From Eledone cirrhosa (Eukaryota): a stretch of DNA of 64,000 nt. A program made the position numbers and the translations under genes. The stretch covers positions 73,036,001 to 73,100,000 of the forward strand of contig OZ024744.1 in NCBI GenBank assembly GCA_964016885.1, in the 5' to 3' direction. Below the pieces are notes generated by a model. That model was not told the DNA's origin. It did not search any database and saw only the letters and a list, made by a program, of their open reading frames with translations. Of the stretch, positions 50,882-63,480 are shown in pieces. Position 1 is the first letter of the stretch. Each line of letters starts with the position of its first letter.

Positions 50882-52032
50882 CAGTAGTCGCCAACCTTTT
50901 GGACCTCACATATCACTAAATTTTAAATCCTGCAGACCACTAATATTAATTTTTTTAAAAAGATAAATACATTAAAATCTTAAACCCCGTGGACCACTAA
51001 TATGGACTTAAAAAGATAAATACATTAAAATTTTAAGTCCCGTGGACTACTTATATGAATTCTGGCTATGGAAACAGCAGTTGAAATCAAGAGGACTGAG
51101 AGTGAACCTAGCTAAGACAAAAGTGTTGATAAGTAGAAAAGAGGACAAAACTCTGATTCCGTCAGGGAAATGGCCATGTTCGATATGTACACAATGCAGA
51201 TCTTGGGTACACAAGAGATGTACTTGGATAGCAGGCAAACTAACAGGGAGGAAAAACTATGTATACGGTAGATGAAAATTTGACAGTAGGAGTCGCAGTG
51301 ATAAACGCATTTTTAAGCAGGTAGGTTCTATAGAAGTGGTTGATAACTTCCAGTACCTTGGTGATCAGATTAGCATGAGAGGAGGTGTTCTGAGGCCATA
51401 GTATCTATAATAAGAATGGGTTGGAAGAAGTTTAGGGAGCTGCTTCCTCTGTTGACAAAGAAGGGTTTCTCCCTGTGTACAAAAGGCCGGTTATATGGTA
51501 CCTGTGTGAGATGCGCGATGCTGCACGGTAGTGAGACATGGGCAGCAACTGCAGAGGATATGTGACGGCTGGAGAGAAATGAAGCAAGCATGCTCCGTTG
51601 GATGTGCGTGAATGACCAATCATAGACGAGTTAAGAGAGAAACTGTGTATAAAAGGGATAAGTTGTAGTGTGCGGGAGAGAAGACTGCATTGGTATGGAC
51701 ATGGGATGCACATGGAGGATGACCACTGGGTAAAGAAGTGCCAAGAAATCACAGTAGAGGAAGACCACGAAAAACATGGGCGGAGGTGGTGAGAGCAGAC
51801 CTCAGGTCGCTGAAACTCACTGAGGAGATGACGAAGAACCGTGACAAGTGGAGAGATGCTGTGCTGAATAGGACCCATCCCACCCTTGCAAGCAGGGAAA
51901 AGCGGACGTAAAATGATGATGATGAAATACATTAAAATTTTAAAACCTGCGGACCACTAATATGAATTTTTTTTTTTTTTTTTTCTGCAAACCACCAAAA
52001 TTTTTTCTCAGACCACTGGTTGGTGATTACTG
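50882..52032. mobile_element. hAT-type MITE interrupted by an RTE fragment
   Basis: TIRs cagtagtcgccaacc / ggttggtgattactg; degenerate 8-bp TSD ctttagag / ttttaaag. Confidence 0.65.
51050..51925 (+). mobile_element. RTE LINE 3' fragment
   Basis: GLRVNLAKTKV...GKWPCSIC...WVHKRC; (GAT)n tail. Confidence 0.85.
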
Positions 52033-52479
52033 TTTTAAAGAATGTATAAGTTGCTAAGACTTCATCTTACAATGGATCAAAACCAGCTGGGTGAAAAAAA
52101 AAAACACTTTAAAAAATGTACTCCATCATACAACAAAACATTTGGTGGCTATTGCTCAAAGTCTTTCATCATAGATGTGCTTAATGGTGGCTGACTTGGT
52201 GCTGCTATACAACTGTAAACATTTCCAACCAAGAAAGATCTTCTTTCCTGTGATTGTCAATCCTTCATTTGTCATTTACCCGCATGGTTTCATATATTTC
52301 ACCATTTCCTCCCTTATTCTCAGGCAAAAAGAAACATGAAATAATAGCTGTATATTAGCTATGACACTGTAAAAATGGTATCTTTTAAAGTAGCTTGTTG
52401 TCACTAGTTATATAATATGATTTAACTAGTATAGTGTGAGTTGCTTATTTTCCTGTTTTTTTTGTCTTTCTCTTTCTCT

Positions 52480-52712
52480 CCTCCTCTGTTCTTCTCTTTC
52501 TTACTTTACCCCTATCTCTCTCTACCCTCCCTCTCCCTACCCCCTCTCTCTACTCCCCCCTCTCTATCTACTCCCACCTCTCTATCTACTCTCCCTACTC
52601 CCTACTCCCCCTCTCTCTCTACTCCCCCTCTCGCTCTACTCCCCCTCTCTCTCTACACCCCCCTCTCTCTCTACTCCCCCCTCTCTCTCTACTCCCCCCT
52701 CTCTCCCTCTCT
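52480..52712. repeat. Polypyrimidine (CTCTCTACTCCCCC)-like minisatellite
   Basis: Directly visible. Confidence 0.9.
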
Positions 52713-53295
52713 TTAGATGTAACTCTCATTTCTGTCTTCCAAACGCACACACACTTATCTCTTTCTCACTCACACACACTTTCTCTCTCTCTTTTTCACC
52801 CATATACACTTCATACTTAGATGCACTTGATTCACTCATCTACACACACACACTACACCCCCCCTCTCTCTTTGTCTAAGTGTATTTTATGGATGTATTT
52901 TATATAAATATAAGAAATATAATGATGGAACTAGAGTAAAGTAAGAATGACAAAATAAAACTATAGTTTTTACCCTATATTTCATAATATTTTGAGTTTA
53001 GAAACTCTTTATCAAATGAAGAAAAATATGAGAGTATATGAGAGTTATTCACTATTGTATGACTGACCAATAGTAGAAGTATGTCAATAGAAAGGCAGCA
53101 TGTGAAGACCAGTCATAATAGCAGGTCATCCTTATGTAGCTCTCATCTGTTGTTAATACTAGGTGTATACCTATTGATAAGAAGGGCTACTTTGATCCAT
53201 AAATTACCAATGTATTTTTTTTTTTTAAATATTCAGTTTTATTTACCATTTCTTCCTTCATAGTTAGTCTTTTATTCTTGCATTTTACTTTTCAG

Positions 53296-53390
53296 GAAAT
53301 AGAAGACAGGCATGTTACTGACACCACTCTATTGGTTCACTTCTTTGGAGCAAATGGCACCGATGTTCTGAATTATGATGACTTCCACAG
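53296..53390 (+). CDS. MICU3: Internal exon of a mitochondrial calcium uptake protein (MICU3/MICU2-like EF-hand protein)
   Basis: Acceptor ttttacttttcag and donor gtaact; encodes EIEDRHVTDTTLLVHFFGANGTDVLNYDDFHR, matching the DTTLLVHFFG..G...LN..DF.R motif I recall from MICU3. Confidence 0.8.
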
Positions 53391-53436
53391 GTAACTGTTT
53401 TTAGTGTCATTATAAACTAATTTATTATCATTGTTA

Positions 53437-54075
53437 CAGTATCAGTAGAGTATCGGACGCCATGCATTGCAGCATAGAGTTACGGCCCTTTATGATCTGA
53501 GTTCAAATCCCGCCGAGGTTAGCTTTGCCTTTCATCCTTACGGGGTCGATAAAGTAAAGTACCAATCATGCACTGGGGTCGATTTAATCGATCCCTCCCC
53601 CTCTAAAATTTCTGGCCTTGTGCCGATATAAGAAACCGATATTATTAGGATTGGCAGTATCGGTAGAGGGTCGGACGCCATGCTTTGTAGCATAGAGTTA
53701 CGGCCCTTGTCATTCTGAGTTCAAATCCCGCTGAGGTTAACTTTGCCTTTCATCCTTACGGGGTCGATAAAATAAAGTACCAGTAATACACTGGGTAATT
53801 GCTGGCCTTGTGCCAAAAGTAGAAACAATTATTATTATTATTGTTGTTGTTGTTGTTGTTAGGGCAGTAGATTGGCAGTATCGGTAGAGCATCAGACAAC
53901 ATGCATTGCAGCATTGAGTTATGACCATTTATGGTCTGAGTTCAAATCCCACTGAGGTTAGCTTCGCCTTTCGTCCTTATGGGGATCGATAAAATAAAGT
54001 ACCAGTCACGCACTGAGGTCGATTTAATTTACTTTCCCCTCCACCCAAAAAAAATTGCTGGCCTTGTGCCTATAG
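53437..54075 (+). mobile_element. Three tandem SINE family B copies
   Basis: Three GAGTTCAAATC-containing units. Confidence 0.85.
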
Positions 54076-55014
54076 TATTCTGTCCACCGGAGCTGCATGG
54101 CGACCAGTGCGTGAGCCCCCCATTTTCTTACAATAGTGAGAGATGGGGAGAGCAGGAGAGATGGAGGCAGTGACAGTGGGAGTTTGGTCCGTTTGTGTTT
54201 GGACCTGGTGTATATATATGTGTATATAGGAGAGAATAAGTCTAAAAGCTGTTTCTTGTACAAAATATATAACTGACGTCCAAACCCAAAAACATCCATA
54301 CGCATGCATACATGAGCAAATATTTACTAATCAAGCAAATATTTACTAATTGCTATTTAGATGTTTTCTAGAATGTGTGTGTATATATATACAAGCAGTA
54401 CTGTAATATAGATTGTACCTGTGATGTTTAAACTGGCTGTATCGGGCCAGAATTCTCTCACCTTTTTCTGTTCAAACCAGCTGTAAGCAGCCACTCATAC
54501 TGATGTTAAGGTCTGCTCTCAAAAAAATAATATCAGTATCTCATAGATTCGATATTATGTCATATATTATTTGAGGTAAAGCGTTTACCACAAAAATACA
54601 ATAGTATATATAGAGTAATGTAAATAAACTGGCTGTGACTGGCCACTCATACTGATGTTAAGGTATTGTTCTCAAAATAAATAATATCAAAATCTCAGAG
54701 ATTCGATATTATGTGAGATATTATGTGAGAATACAGTATTCACTATGTTATATATGTGGATGTATGCCCCCACCACCACTACCACAAAAAAAAAAATAAA
54801 TAAAAAAAAAAACCAAGTCATCAGATTTTGTGCAACCTAGTGTCTGTAAATGTTATACTGAAATCTGGTAGGCATCATTTCTGTGAGTATTATAGAATTA
54901 TAGTTAGTTAATGTTTTTCTCTTCTCTAAACTTTTTCACACCTGCTTTAAACTTTTTCTCATCGTCCTTCATTCACACTGTTCCATTCTTTCATTCAAAT
55001 AAATCTTTGATATT

Positions 55015-55045
<31 letters not shown>

Positions 55046-55216
55046 GGGGTTCTGAACCCAAAAGTTGTATCATTCTTAAATTCTTTGTGTGTGTGTGTGT
55101 CCGTGTGTGTGTCTGAAGAACACAGCAGTGCCAGTGATGCTACATGTAACCATCAAACTTTCAGATGGTAGTCAGAAAATTCTAACAACTTTATCAGCTT
55201 ATTAGCTTGCAAGGCT

Positions 55217-55555
55217 CAGAAGTTCTCAAATTTTTAGGCCACCCACCCCTCTCCATCATGGCCACATAATACCTTCAGCACCCCCAAACACTATTTCCAG
55301 AGAGACCTGCCTATACACAAATTGTAAATAATATATAATAAATAAAATTGTTAATTTATATATAATAAATAATATAATATATATTATGTATAAATAAATA
55401 TTATATATTTTTTATTTTACTATATTTATATATATTATGTATCATTTAATATTTAATATACTATTATACCATTTCTAGCGCTCCCTTAGGCCCTAGCACC
55501 CCTGGACCTTCTCAACGTCCCCTGGGAGCGGTAGCCCCCGCTTTGAGAACCTCTG
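55217..55555. mobile_element. hAT-type MITE
   Basis: TIRs cagaagttctcaaa / tttgagaacctctg. Confidence 0.55.
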
Positions 55556-55601
55556 CTCTACATGGTCACTCAACCTTCTGGAAGTAGCAACCAATTTTCT
55601 T

Positions 55602-55823
55602 TTAAACCTTTCGGTGTCATATTTCTAATGAAAGATAATTCCTATAGTTTTAAATAATTTTGAAAATATTTAAGAATTTGGATGGATTTAGTAAGATATT
55701 TAAATTTTCTTACTATTTTGGATCATAACTTAAAGATTCTTATATGCAATTAAGATGGAAGATTTTTGGATAAACATATACTTCAAACTGTATTGTATGG
55801 TGATTTAGTATCAAAAGGGTTAA
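55602..55823. mobile_element. piggyBac-type MITE, second family
   Basis: TTAA-acctttcg...caaaaggg-TTAA. Confidence 0.45.
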
Positions 55824-56179
55824 ACTACATGACAGTCTTTTTGAAAAGAAAAAAAATGAAATACACATAGTATAAAAATAATCCTGGATATTAATTCTGG
55901 TAAAGCAAAGGAAGAGAGACAGCTCTGGGATTTAAATTGATTAAAAATTAATTAGAAAAACAATATATATATATATATATATATATTCATATGTATATAT
56001 AGTTGTGTTGTGTTCTCTCTGATTAATTTTTATAGACTCACTTTGTAAACCTTACTCATTAACTTGATTAATGCTAATATGAGGCTAAACAGAAACAACT
56101 TCATCAACTGTAATTCTCATAGTCATCTAACACGTTATGTTACTTTGTTAACTCAGTAAGTAAAGCAAATAAATTATTT

Positions 56180-56680
56180 CTTTATGGCACAAGGCCAGCA
56201 AATTTTGGAAGAAGAAATTAGTCGATTAAGTAAACCTCAGTACTCAATTGATTGTTGAGGTGCATGGCCTAGTGGTAAAAGTGTTGGACTTGTTGGACTT
56301 ACAATCATAATGTCATGGGTTTGATTCCTGGGCTAGCTTGCATGTTGTGTTCTTGAGCAAAACACTTTCACGTTGCTCCAGTATACTCAGCTGAAAATGA
56401 GTACCAGCAATAACTGGGTTTAACCCTGCAATGGACTGGCGTCCTGCCCAGAGTGGAGTCTTCTACTCTCAGTCGCTTCACACCATGAAACTGGCCAAAC
56501 AAGCTTTCAATGGCTTAAGACAGACTTTTAGGCTCAATTGATACTATATTTTTTTAGCCATGGAAGGATCAAAGGCAAAGTTGAACTTCAGTGCAGTTTG
56601 AACTCAGAACATAAAAGTTTTAGACCAAATATCACAAAGCGTTTGTTCAACACTTGCAATTCTGCCAATTTGCCATGCTC
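56180..56680 (-). mobile_element. SINE family B split by a family C SINE (56256-56530, +)
   Basis: ctcaattgat duplicated at 56243 and 56533 (TSD). Confidence 0.65.
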
Positions 56681-56857
56681 AGTAAACGTAATTAAATGAT
56701 AAAAATGCTAAGATGCCCATCGTCATAAACCCAGTCCAATAAGTAATGTTAGAAAACAATTTATTGTTCATTGTTAAGAGGATTTTGATTTTATATATTT
56801 ATATCATCATTGTTTTTACATCCATTTTTCCACACTGGCATGGGTTATATATACATG

Positions 56858-56895
<38 letters not shown>

Positions 56896-56900
<5 letters not shown>

Positions 56901-57485
56901 AAGTTGTAGTGTGCAGGAGAGAAGACTGAGATGGTATGGACATGTGATGAACATGGAGAATGACCGCTGGGTAAAGAAGTGCCAAGAAATCCCAGTAGAT
57001 GGAAGACACAGAGGAGGAAGACTATGAAAAACATGGGTAGAGGTGGTGAGAGCAGACCTCATATCACTGAAGCTCATGAAGGAGATGACGAAGGACCGTG
57101 ACAAATGGAGAGATACTGTACTGAATAGGACCCGTCCCACCCTTGCAAGAGGGAAAAGCGGACTTATGATGATGATGATGATGATGCTGATGATGTATAT
57201 ATATATGTATATATATATATAAATAAATATACATGTATACATACATATATATCACCCAGCCCACACTGTAAAGTGGTCGTGTAGGCGCCACGGAAATAAA
57301 GCACCCACCACTCACTGTAAATGAGGTTGGTGTTACGAAGGGCATCCAGCTGTAGAAATCACGTCAGAATCTGTTCCCATACAAGCAAGACAAGGTCAAC
57401 CAACCGGACACTGCCCACAACAGGACAATCTGTCTAATCCATGCTAGTGTGTAAGAACGGATGTAAAACGGTGATAATGATGATA
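56896..57485 (+). mobile_element. RTE 3' fragment plus a separate RTE 3'-UTR fragment
   Basis: RRLRWYGHVMNME; 57255-57485 matches 23397-23627. Confidence 0.8.
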
Positions 57486-57489
57486 GATA

Positions 57490-59672
57490 TCATCATCATC
57501 ATCATCATCATCATTTAACGTCTATCTTCCACGCTTGCAAGGGTTTGGACGGGAATTTTCCCACTTGAGGCAAGATTGGTTGTCTTGCTCGTATAGGACT
57601 GTCTGGCGGGTTTTCTATGGCTGGATGCCCTTCCTAACACCAACCAAGTTTACAGTGTGGACTGGGGAGTTTTTACCGTGTTACCTACACGGCCACATTA
57701 CAGCGTGACTGTGTTTTTTTGTCGTGACACCTACACGTCTGGTGGGTTTTCTACGGCTGGGTGCCCTTCCCAACACCAACCACGTTTACAGTGTGGACTG
57801 GGAGGTTTTTACCGTGTTACCTACACGGCCACATTACAGCGTGACTGTGTTTTTTTGTCGTGACATCTACACAACCTCATTTATTTCGGACTGGATGTTG
57901 TGGTACAAACATAACTTTACATCGAAAGGGGTGGTGTGGATGGGGTGGGGGTAGTGGAACGGGGGTGTATTTTGGTTAAGAGGTGCCTACTGACTGTAGG
58001 TTTCGCTCTGTACTTAGGCAAGGCGGGTCTTCTGTATTACTGTGTAGCCCCAAAGATCTCGGTCCAGTGACATTGTCTTGGAGAGGTGAAAGTGTGTGAG
58101 GTCAGAATTTATCAAGTCGTCCCAGGTTTATCTGGGTCTGCCTACTCCGTGGCTACCATCTATTTTTATCGCCCTGCACTTTTTTATACAGCTGTCGTCT
58201 TTCATGCGCATCACGTGACCATACCAACGTAGTCTTCTCTCGAGTAAACAACATCTGATCCCTCTTATTCCTAATTTCTCCCTTAGTTCATTTATGCTTT
58301 GCCGTTCACGTATATTACTATTACACATCCAACGGAGCATGCAAGCTTCATTCCTCTCCAGTCTGCGTATATCCTCTGCACATAATGCCCAAGTGTCACT
58401 GCCATGTAACATTGCTGTTCGTATGCAGGCATCATACAGCCTGCCTTTCATTTTTAGAGAGAACTCTTTAGCGGCCAATAGTGGTATAAGCTCTCTGAAC
58501 CTTTTCCATCCCGTTCTGACTCTAGCTACTGTACTTTCAGAGCCCCCTCCACCACTGCTGATTTTGTCACCCAGGTAACGGAAGGTGTCCACTATTTCTA
58601 TAGAACCATCTGGGCAATGGAAGGAGCTAGTATCCTGTGGGCACTTGCTACTACTTATTGCACCTGAGTACCGGCCACATATAAGATCTATATTCTTAGT
58701 TAGCTTACCTGTGATCGCACTACATCTTTTATGCACCCATACTTTGCATTTGGGACATAAAATGGAGTTTCTGCCTACTCCTTTCCTACACACTGCCATT
58801 TCCCAGATGGGACCAATGCCCTATTTTCCTTCCTACAAACTAGAACTTTAATCTTTGACAGGTTAATTTTAAGGCCTTTTGATTCTAGGCCATGCTTCCA
58901 TGTTTGGAATTTCTTCTCTAATTCAGCCATTGATTCAGCTATGAGCGTTAGATCTTCTGCGTATAAGAGTTCCCATGGGCAGCCAGTCTTGAACTCCTCT
59001 GTTATAGCCTGAAGGGCAATAATAACTAGTAGGGGGCTAAGGACGGAGCCCTGATGAACACCAACTTTTACGCTAAACTCTTCACTATATTCGTTGTTAA
59101 TTCTAACCTTGCTGACTGTTTCTTTATACATGGCTTGTATAGCTCTCACAAGCCATTCATCAACACCTAGTTTTCTAAGAGCCCACCAGATAATGGAGCG
59201 GGGGGACTCTGTCAAAGGCTTTCTCCAAGTCAACAAAAGCTAAGTATAGGGGTTTACTTTTAGCTAGGTACTTCTCCTGTAGTTGTCGTACAATGAAAAG
59301 AGCGTCTGTGGTACTTTTACCTGACACAAACCCGAACTGCATTTCATCTAGATCAATTCGCTCTCTGATTAGTTGCGCTATTCCTTTTTCTGTGACCTTC
59401 ATGACCTGGTCAATTAATTTAATGTCTCTATAGTTTCCCCTATCTAGGGCATCTCCTTTACTCTTGTAGCAGTTAATGATGATGCTGCTGCTACGCCAGT
59501 CCTTCGGAACGACCCCATTCTGTATGACTTGGTTTACTATCCGGGTGACCATAGTTCCAGATGCTTTCAGCATTTCAGCAACTATTTCCAAAGGCCCAGC
59601 CGCTTTGCCTGTCTTCATATCTTTGATCGCCTTACTTATTATATTACCTTCAACTTGCACTGCTGGTCCCTC
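57490..59672 (-). mobile_element. 5'-truncated RTE LINE (divergent subfamily)
   Basis: ORFs 59175-59750, 58775-59236, 58128-58799 carry RT motifs and the Cys-rich finger; tail with internal duplication. Confidence 0.92.
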
Positions 59673-59697
<25 letters not shown>

Positions 59698-59703
<6 letters not shown>

Positions 59704-59856
59704 CTGATGGTAGCTAAGATGCTTCCATAGGTGGTATGCCGGTTGAGCACTCTATGCTCTTACAGAGTAGAGTATGATAGAATAGAAAACAATTCAGACA
59801 GATCCACACAATGATCGCGTCTCGAGCTGTCCACCGGCGAAACAATTGTAACACAC
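59698..59856 (+). ncRNA. Hammerhead-like fold with greatly expanded stem II region
   Basis: gtgtgt-CTGATGG-[27 nt]-gccggt...accggc-GAAA-caattg-TA-acacac. Confidence 0.5.
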
Positions 59857-60574
59857 AATAATTGAGTTCAGATGCATCACTGATTTTTCGTTTTCTATTC
59901 TATATATATATATACAAACAAAATTTAAAAAAAACAGTACACATTAAAAACAAAAACAAAAAAAATCTAGAGACAATTGAAATTGAAACGGAATCTAAAA
60001 AAAAAAGAAGCCAAAATCTAATTGTATTACTAGAAATGTTCTTGATGAGCATTTAATAAAAATATGTAGTAATATTGATTTGATATGATTAATTTGGTGA
60101 ATGTTGCTAGTTGTGTGCATCTATTTTTTTTTTTCTATTATATCTTATCATACCACTTCTATTATATCTCACCATTCCATTTTTTTTTGTTTTTTGGGAG
60201 GGATTTTTTGTTGTTTTTTTTTCTTTTTTTTCTTATATCCACCATGTTATTCCTGCAAAAAAAAAATGTGTTTATATATATATATATATAAAATCGAATA
60301 TGTAATTACAGAAGTGGAGTGGAATATTCCCTACAAATTAACCCTGTTTCACACAGACATGCTGTCTGTGTGTCTCTCTATGTCTATCTATCTCGACCTA
60401 TCTCTCTTTCTATCTTTCACTCTCTGACCACTTTCTCGTTCTACACCCACCATCCACCCACCCAATCTCTTTCTTTTTCTCTTTCTTTCTTTCTCTCCCT
60501 CCCTCCTTTCCCTTGTTCTCTTGTCTGTTTCTCTCTCTGACCATTTTCTCATTCTTCACCCCCATCCCACCTCA

Positions 60575-60649
<75 letters not shown>

Positions 60650-60737
60650 GTGATCACATTAGTTTTCTAGCATTGAAATACTGTTCCTTTCTGATTCTTT
60701 TTAATTATTCTGCAATGTACTATATATATATATATAC

Positions 60738-61250
60738 CATCATCATCATCCGCTTTTCCATGCTTGCAAGGGTGGGACGGGCCCTCATCATCACAACATC
60801 TCTCCATTCGTCAGGGTCCCTCGTCAGCTCTCACCACCTCCGCCCATGATTTCCGTGGTCATCCTCTACTGTGTCTTCCTTCTACTGGTATTTCTTGGCA
60901 CTTCTTTACCCAGCAGTCATCCTCCATTCACATCACATGTCCATACCAACGCAGTCCTCTCTCCCGCACGCTACAGTTTATTCCTCTTATACACAGTTTT
61001 ACTCTCAACTTGTTTAGGCTTGGTCATTCATGCACATTGACATTGCACATCCAACAGAGCATGCTTTTTTCATTTCTCTCCAGCCGTTGCTGCCCATGTC
61101 TCACTACAATGCAGCATCACACATCTCACACAGGCATCATATAACCAACCTTTCATTAGTAAGGAGAAACCCTTCATTGTCAACAGAGAAAACAGCTCCC
61201 TAAACTTCTTCCATCCTGTCCTTATTCTAGATACTATGGCCTTGGAGCAT
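60738..61250 (-). mobile_element. RTE LINE 3' fragment
   Basis: RIRTGWKKFREL..LL..KGFSL..KG.LYDACVR. Confidence 0.8.
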
Positions 61251-61295
61251 ACACACACACTCAATATATTTAACACACACACACACATATATATA

Positions 61296-62178
61296 CAGGG
61301 TGTGGACGATATTTGTTCACAAGATTACTGTCTAGGAAAAAATAACACAGTAGTTTTATTTTTAAGATATATTTATCAAACTTGGGTCAGTTTGTCTTCA
61401 TGACTTGTTCTTTCGATCTCACTCAATAAACCCGCCATTGGCTTTGATGATGGCCTTAAGGCGGCCTCGGAACCGGCTACAGGCCTTTGTCACTGTCCCC
61501 TGACTTAGGCCCCTAATGGCATTTGTGATCCTGGCATTCAGATCGTCTTTCGTATTGCAGCTAGATCTGTTGGTGTCTCGTTCCACTGCGCCCCGCACAA
61601 AGAAGTCAAGGGGGTTGCAGTCAGGCGAGCTGGGAGGCCAGATGTCAGGTGAAGTGTGGTCGACGAAGTTCTCTGACAGCCAGCCTTGGGTCTTTCGGCA
61701 TGTATGGCAGGGCGCTGAGTCTTGCTGCCACACGTATGGCCTACCTGCAGCTACCTGGTCGATCCAGGGCTTTACTACCTCGCTCAGAATGTAGATGTAG
61801 CCATCGGTGTTCAGCTTGAGGCCCTCAGGGAAGAAGTGAGGTGGCATGACGTCACCTTGACAGCTGACGACACCTAAGACGAATGCTGTCGCTGGAAACT
61901 TTGTCTGCATGACTCTGGGCACGTCTTTGGATGAGACAGCGAGCCACCTGTTGTTCTGGGAGTTTCTGAAATTTCCTTATTTGTCCTCCCGGTGCGGATT
62001 CCAAGAACTCCATGTCTCTTCCACAAATTTGGAGGTTCAAAATTATTCATAATCAATTATTCTGAAAATAAATAATGGAAATATAGTCTGTTTTTATGAA
62101 GACAAGAGTGACAACGGAAGTAAAAAAAATGTGCATATAATTAGCAGTTGAAAATTGAGAACAAATATCAACACCCTA
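61296..62178 (-). mobile_element. DD37D maT transposon, internally deleted copy
   Basis: Same TIRs as 6686; ORF 61419-61922 has QDSAPCH...NPLD with 37-residue D-D spacing; ~410-bp deletion near 61963. Confidence 0.9.
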
Positions 62179-62294
62179 TATATATATATACATACATACC
62201 CACACATATATTCACGCACACACATATATATGGTGGTGCACCAGCATGGCCTCAGCCTGTCACCTGGAACACAATAGAGTAATATATATATATA

Positions 62295-62352
<58 letters not shown>

Positions 62353-62396
62353 ATACAGAATATAAAACAATCAAATTTTTGTTTAATGCATTTAAT

Positions 62397-62443
62397 TGTT
62401 GATGATCATTTCCTCCAGATAAATGTCTGGAATCATCAGAGCA
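62397..62443 (-). ncRNA. Type I hammerhead ribozyme
   Basis: tgct-CTGATGA-ttccaga[cattta]tctggag-GAAA-tgatca-TC-aaca (one stem I mismatch). Confidence 0.75.
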
Positions 62444-62548
62444 TACACAATGTTTAAACAAGTAGTTACATTATATACAAGTAAATACAATATATTACCC
62501 TTTCTTATTTATAATTGTATATAGATTATATATATAAATATAAATACT

Positions 62549-62580
<32 letters not shown>

Positions 62581-62776
62581 AGGGCGGTGGATTGGCAGTA
62601 TCAGTAGAGGGTCGGACGCCATGCTTTGTAGCACAGTTACGTCCCTTTACGGACTGAATTCAAATCCCGCCGAGGTTAACTTTGCCTTTTATCTTTACGG
62701 GGTCGATAAAATAAAGTACCAGTAATGTACCAGTAATTGCTGGCCTTGTGCCTAAAGTAGAAACAATTATTATTAT
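62581..62776 (+). mobile_element. SINE family B copy
   Basis: Homology to 9091. Confidence 0.8.
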
Positions 62777-62777
62777 T

Positions 62778-63122
62778 CCCAGCATTTTGTTGAAAGATGG
62801 GTGAGAGAGGCAAGAATGGCCCGAGTGAATGGGCCTACTCTGAGTATGTGTCTGTAAATTAAAGGTGGAAAACTGGGAGAGGGCACTTGCCCAGGTGGTC
62901 AGGGTCACTGTGGCTTTTTAATGGGCTTTCTCCACGAATGTCACTCGGAAGTCTCCCCCGTATTGGGGAATTTTTCATTGTTAATTTTTGTTACATCCTC
63001 TGTTTTTGTTTTTTACATGCAGAAATACCCATTTGTACCGTCCTGTACTGTCCTTAATGTCTAATTTATGTAAACCCTTGTGGTTAATAAAGAAAGCATT
63101 ATTATTATTATTATTATTATTA
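62778..63122 (+). mobile_element. Probable L1/Tx1-type LINE 3' end
   Basis: Terminal FVERW...stop, 3' UTR with AATAAA then (ATT)n; inserted in an (ATT)n SINE tail. Confidence 0.5.
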
Positions 63123-63264
63123 ATATATATATATATATAATGATGTATGAATGCTCAATAACCAAAATATGGTGAAACTGGATAAAATTACTGTAACAAG
63201 TTGAATTTTTATAGGTAACTGACGCTTAAGAGACCACATCTAGACTGGCTACTTCTATTATAGT

Positions 63265-63480
63265 TTAATCCTTTAGCATTTACATTACTCTATATTTACT
63301 ATTGTATTTTCATAGTAAAGGCTTTATCTCACATAATATCGAATCTATGAGATTTTGATGTTATTTAATTTGATAACAATACCTTCATATCGGTATGAGT
63401 GTCCGGTTACAGCTGGTTTGAACAGAATAAGGTGAGAGAATTCTGGCTGGATATGGCCGGTTTAAATGCTAAAGGGTTAC
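63265..63480. mobile_element. piggyBac-type MITE
   Basis: Homology to 4483-4700. Confidence 0.7.

Noticed and set aside
55025-55049. Long G homopolymer as a G-quadruplex element
   Set aside because: Simple homopolymer of uncertain length with no functional context
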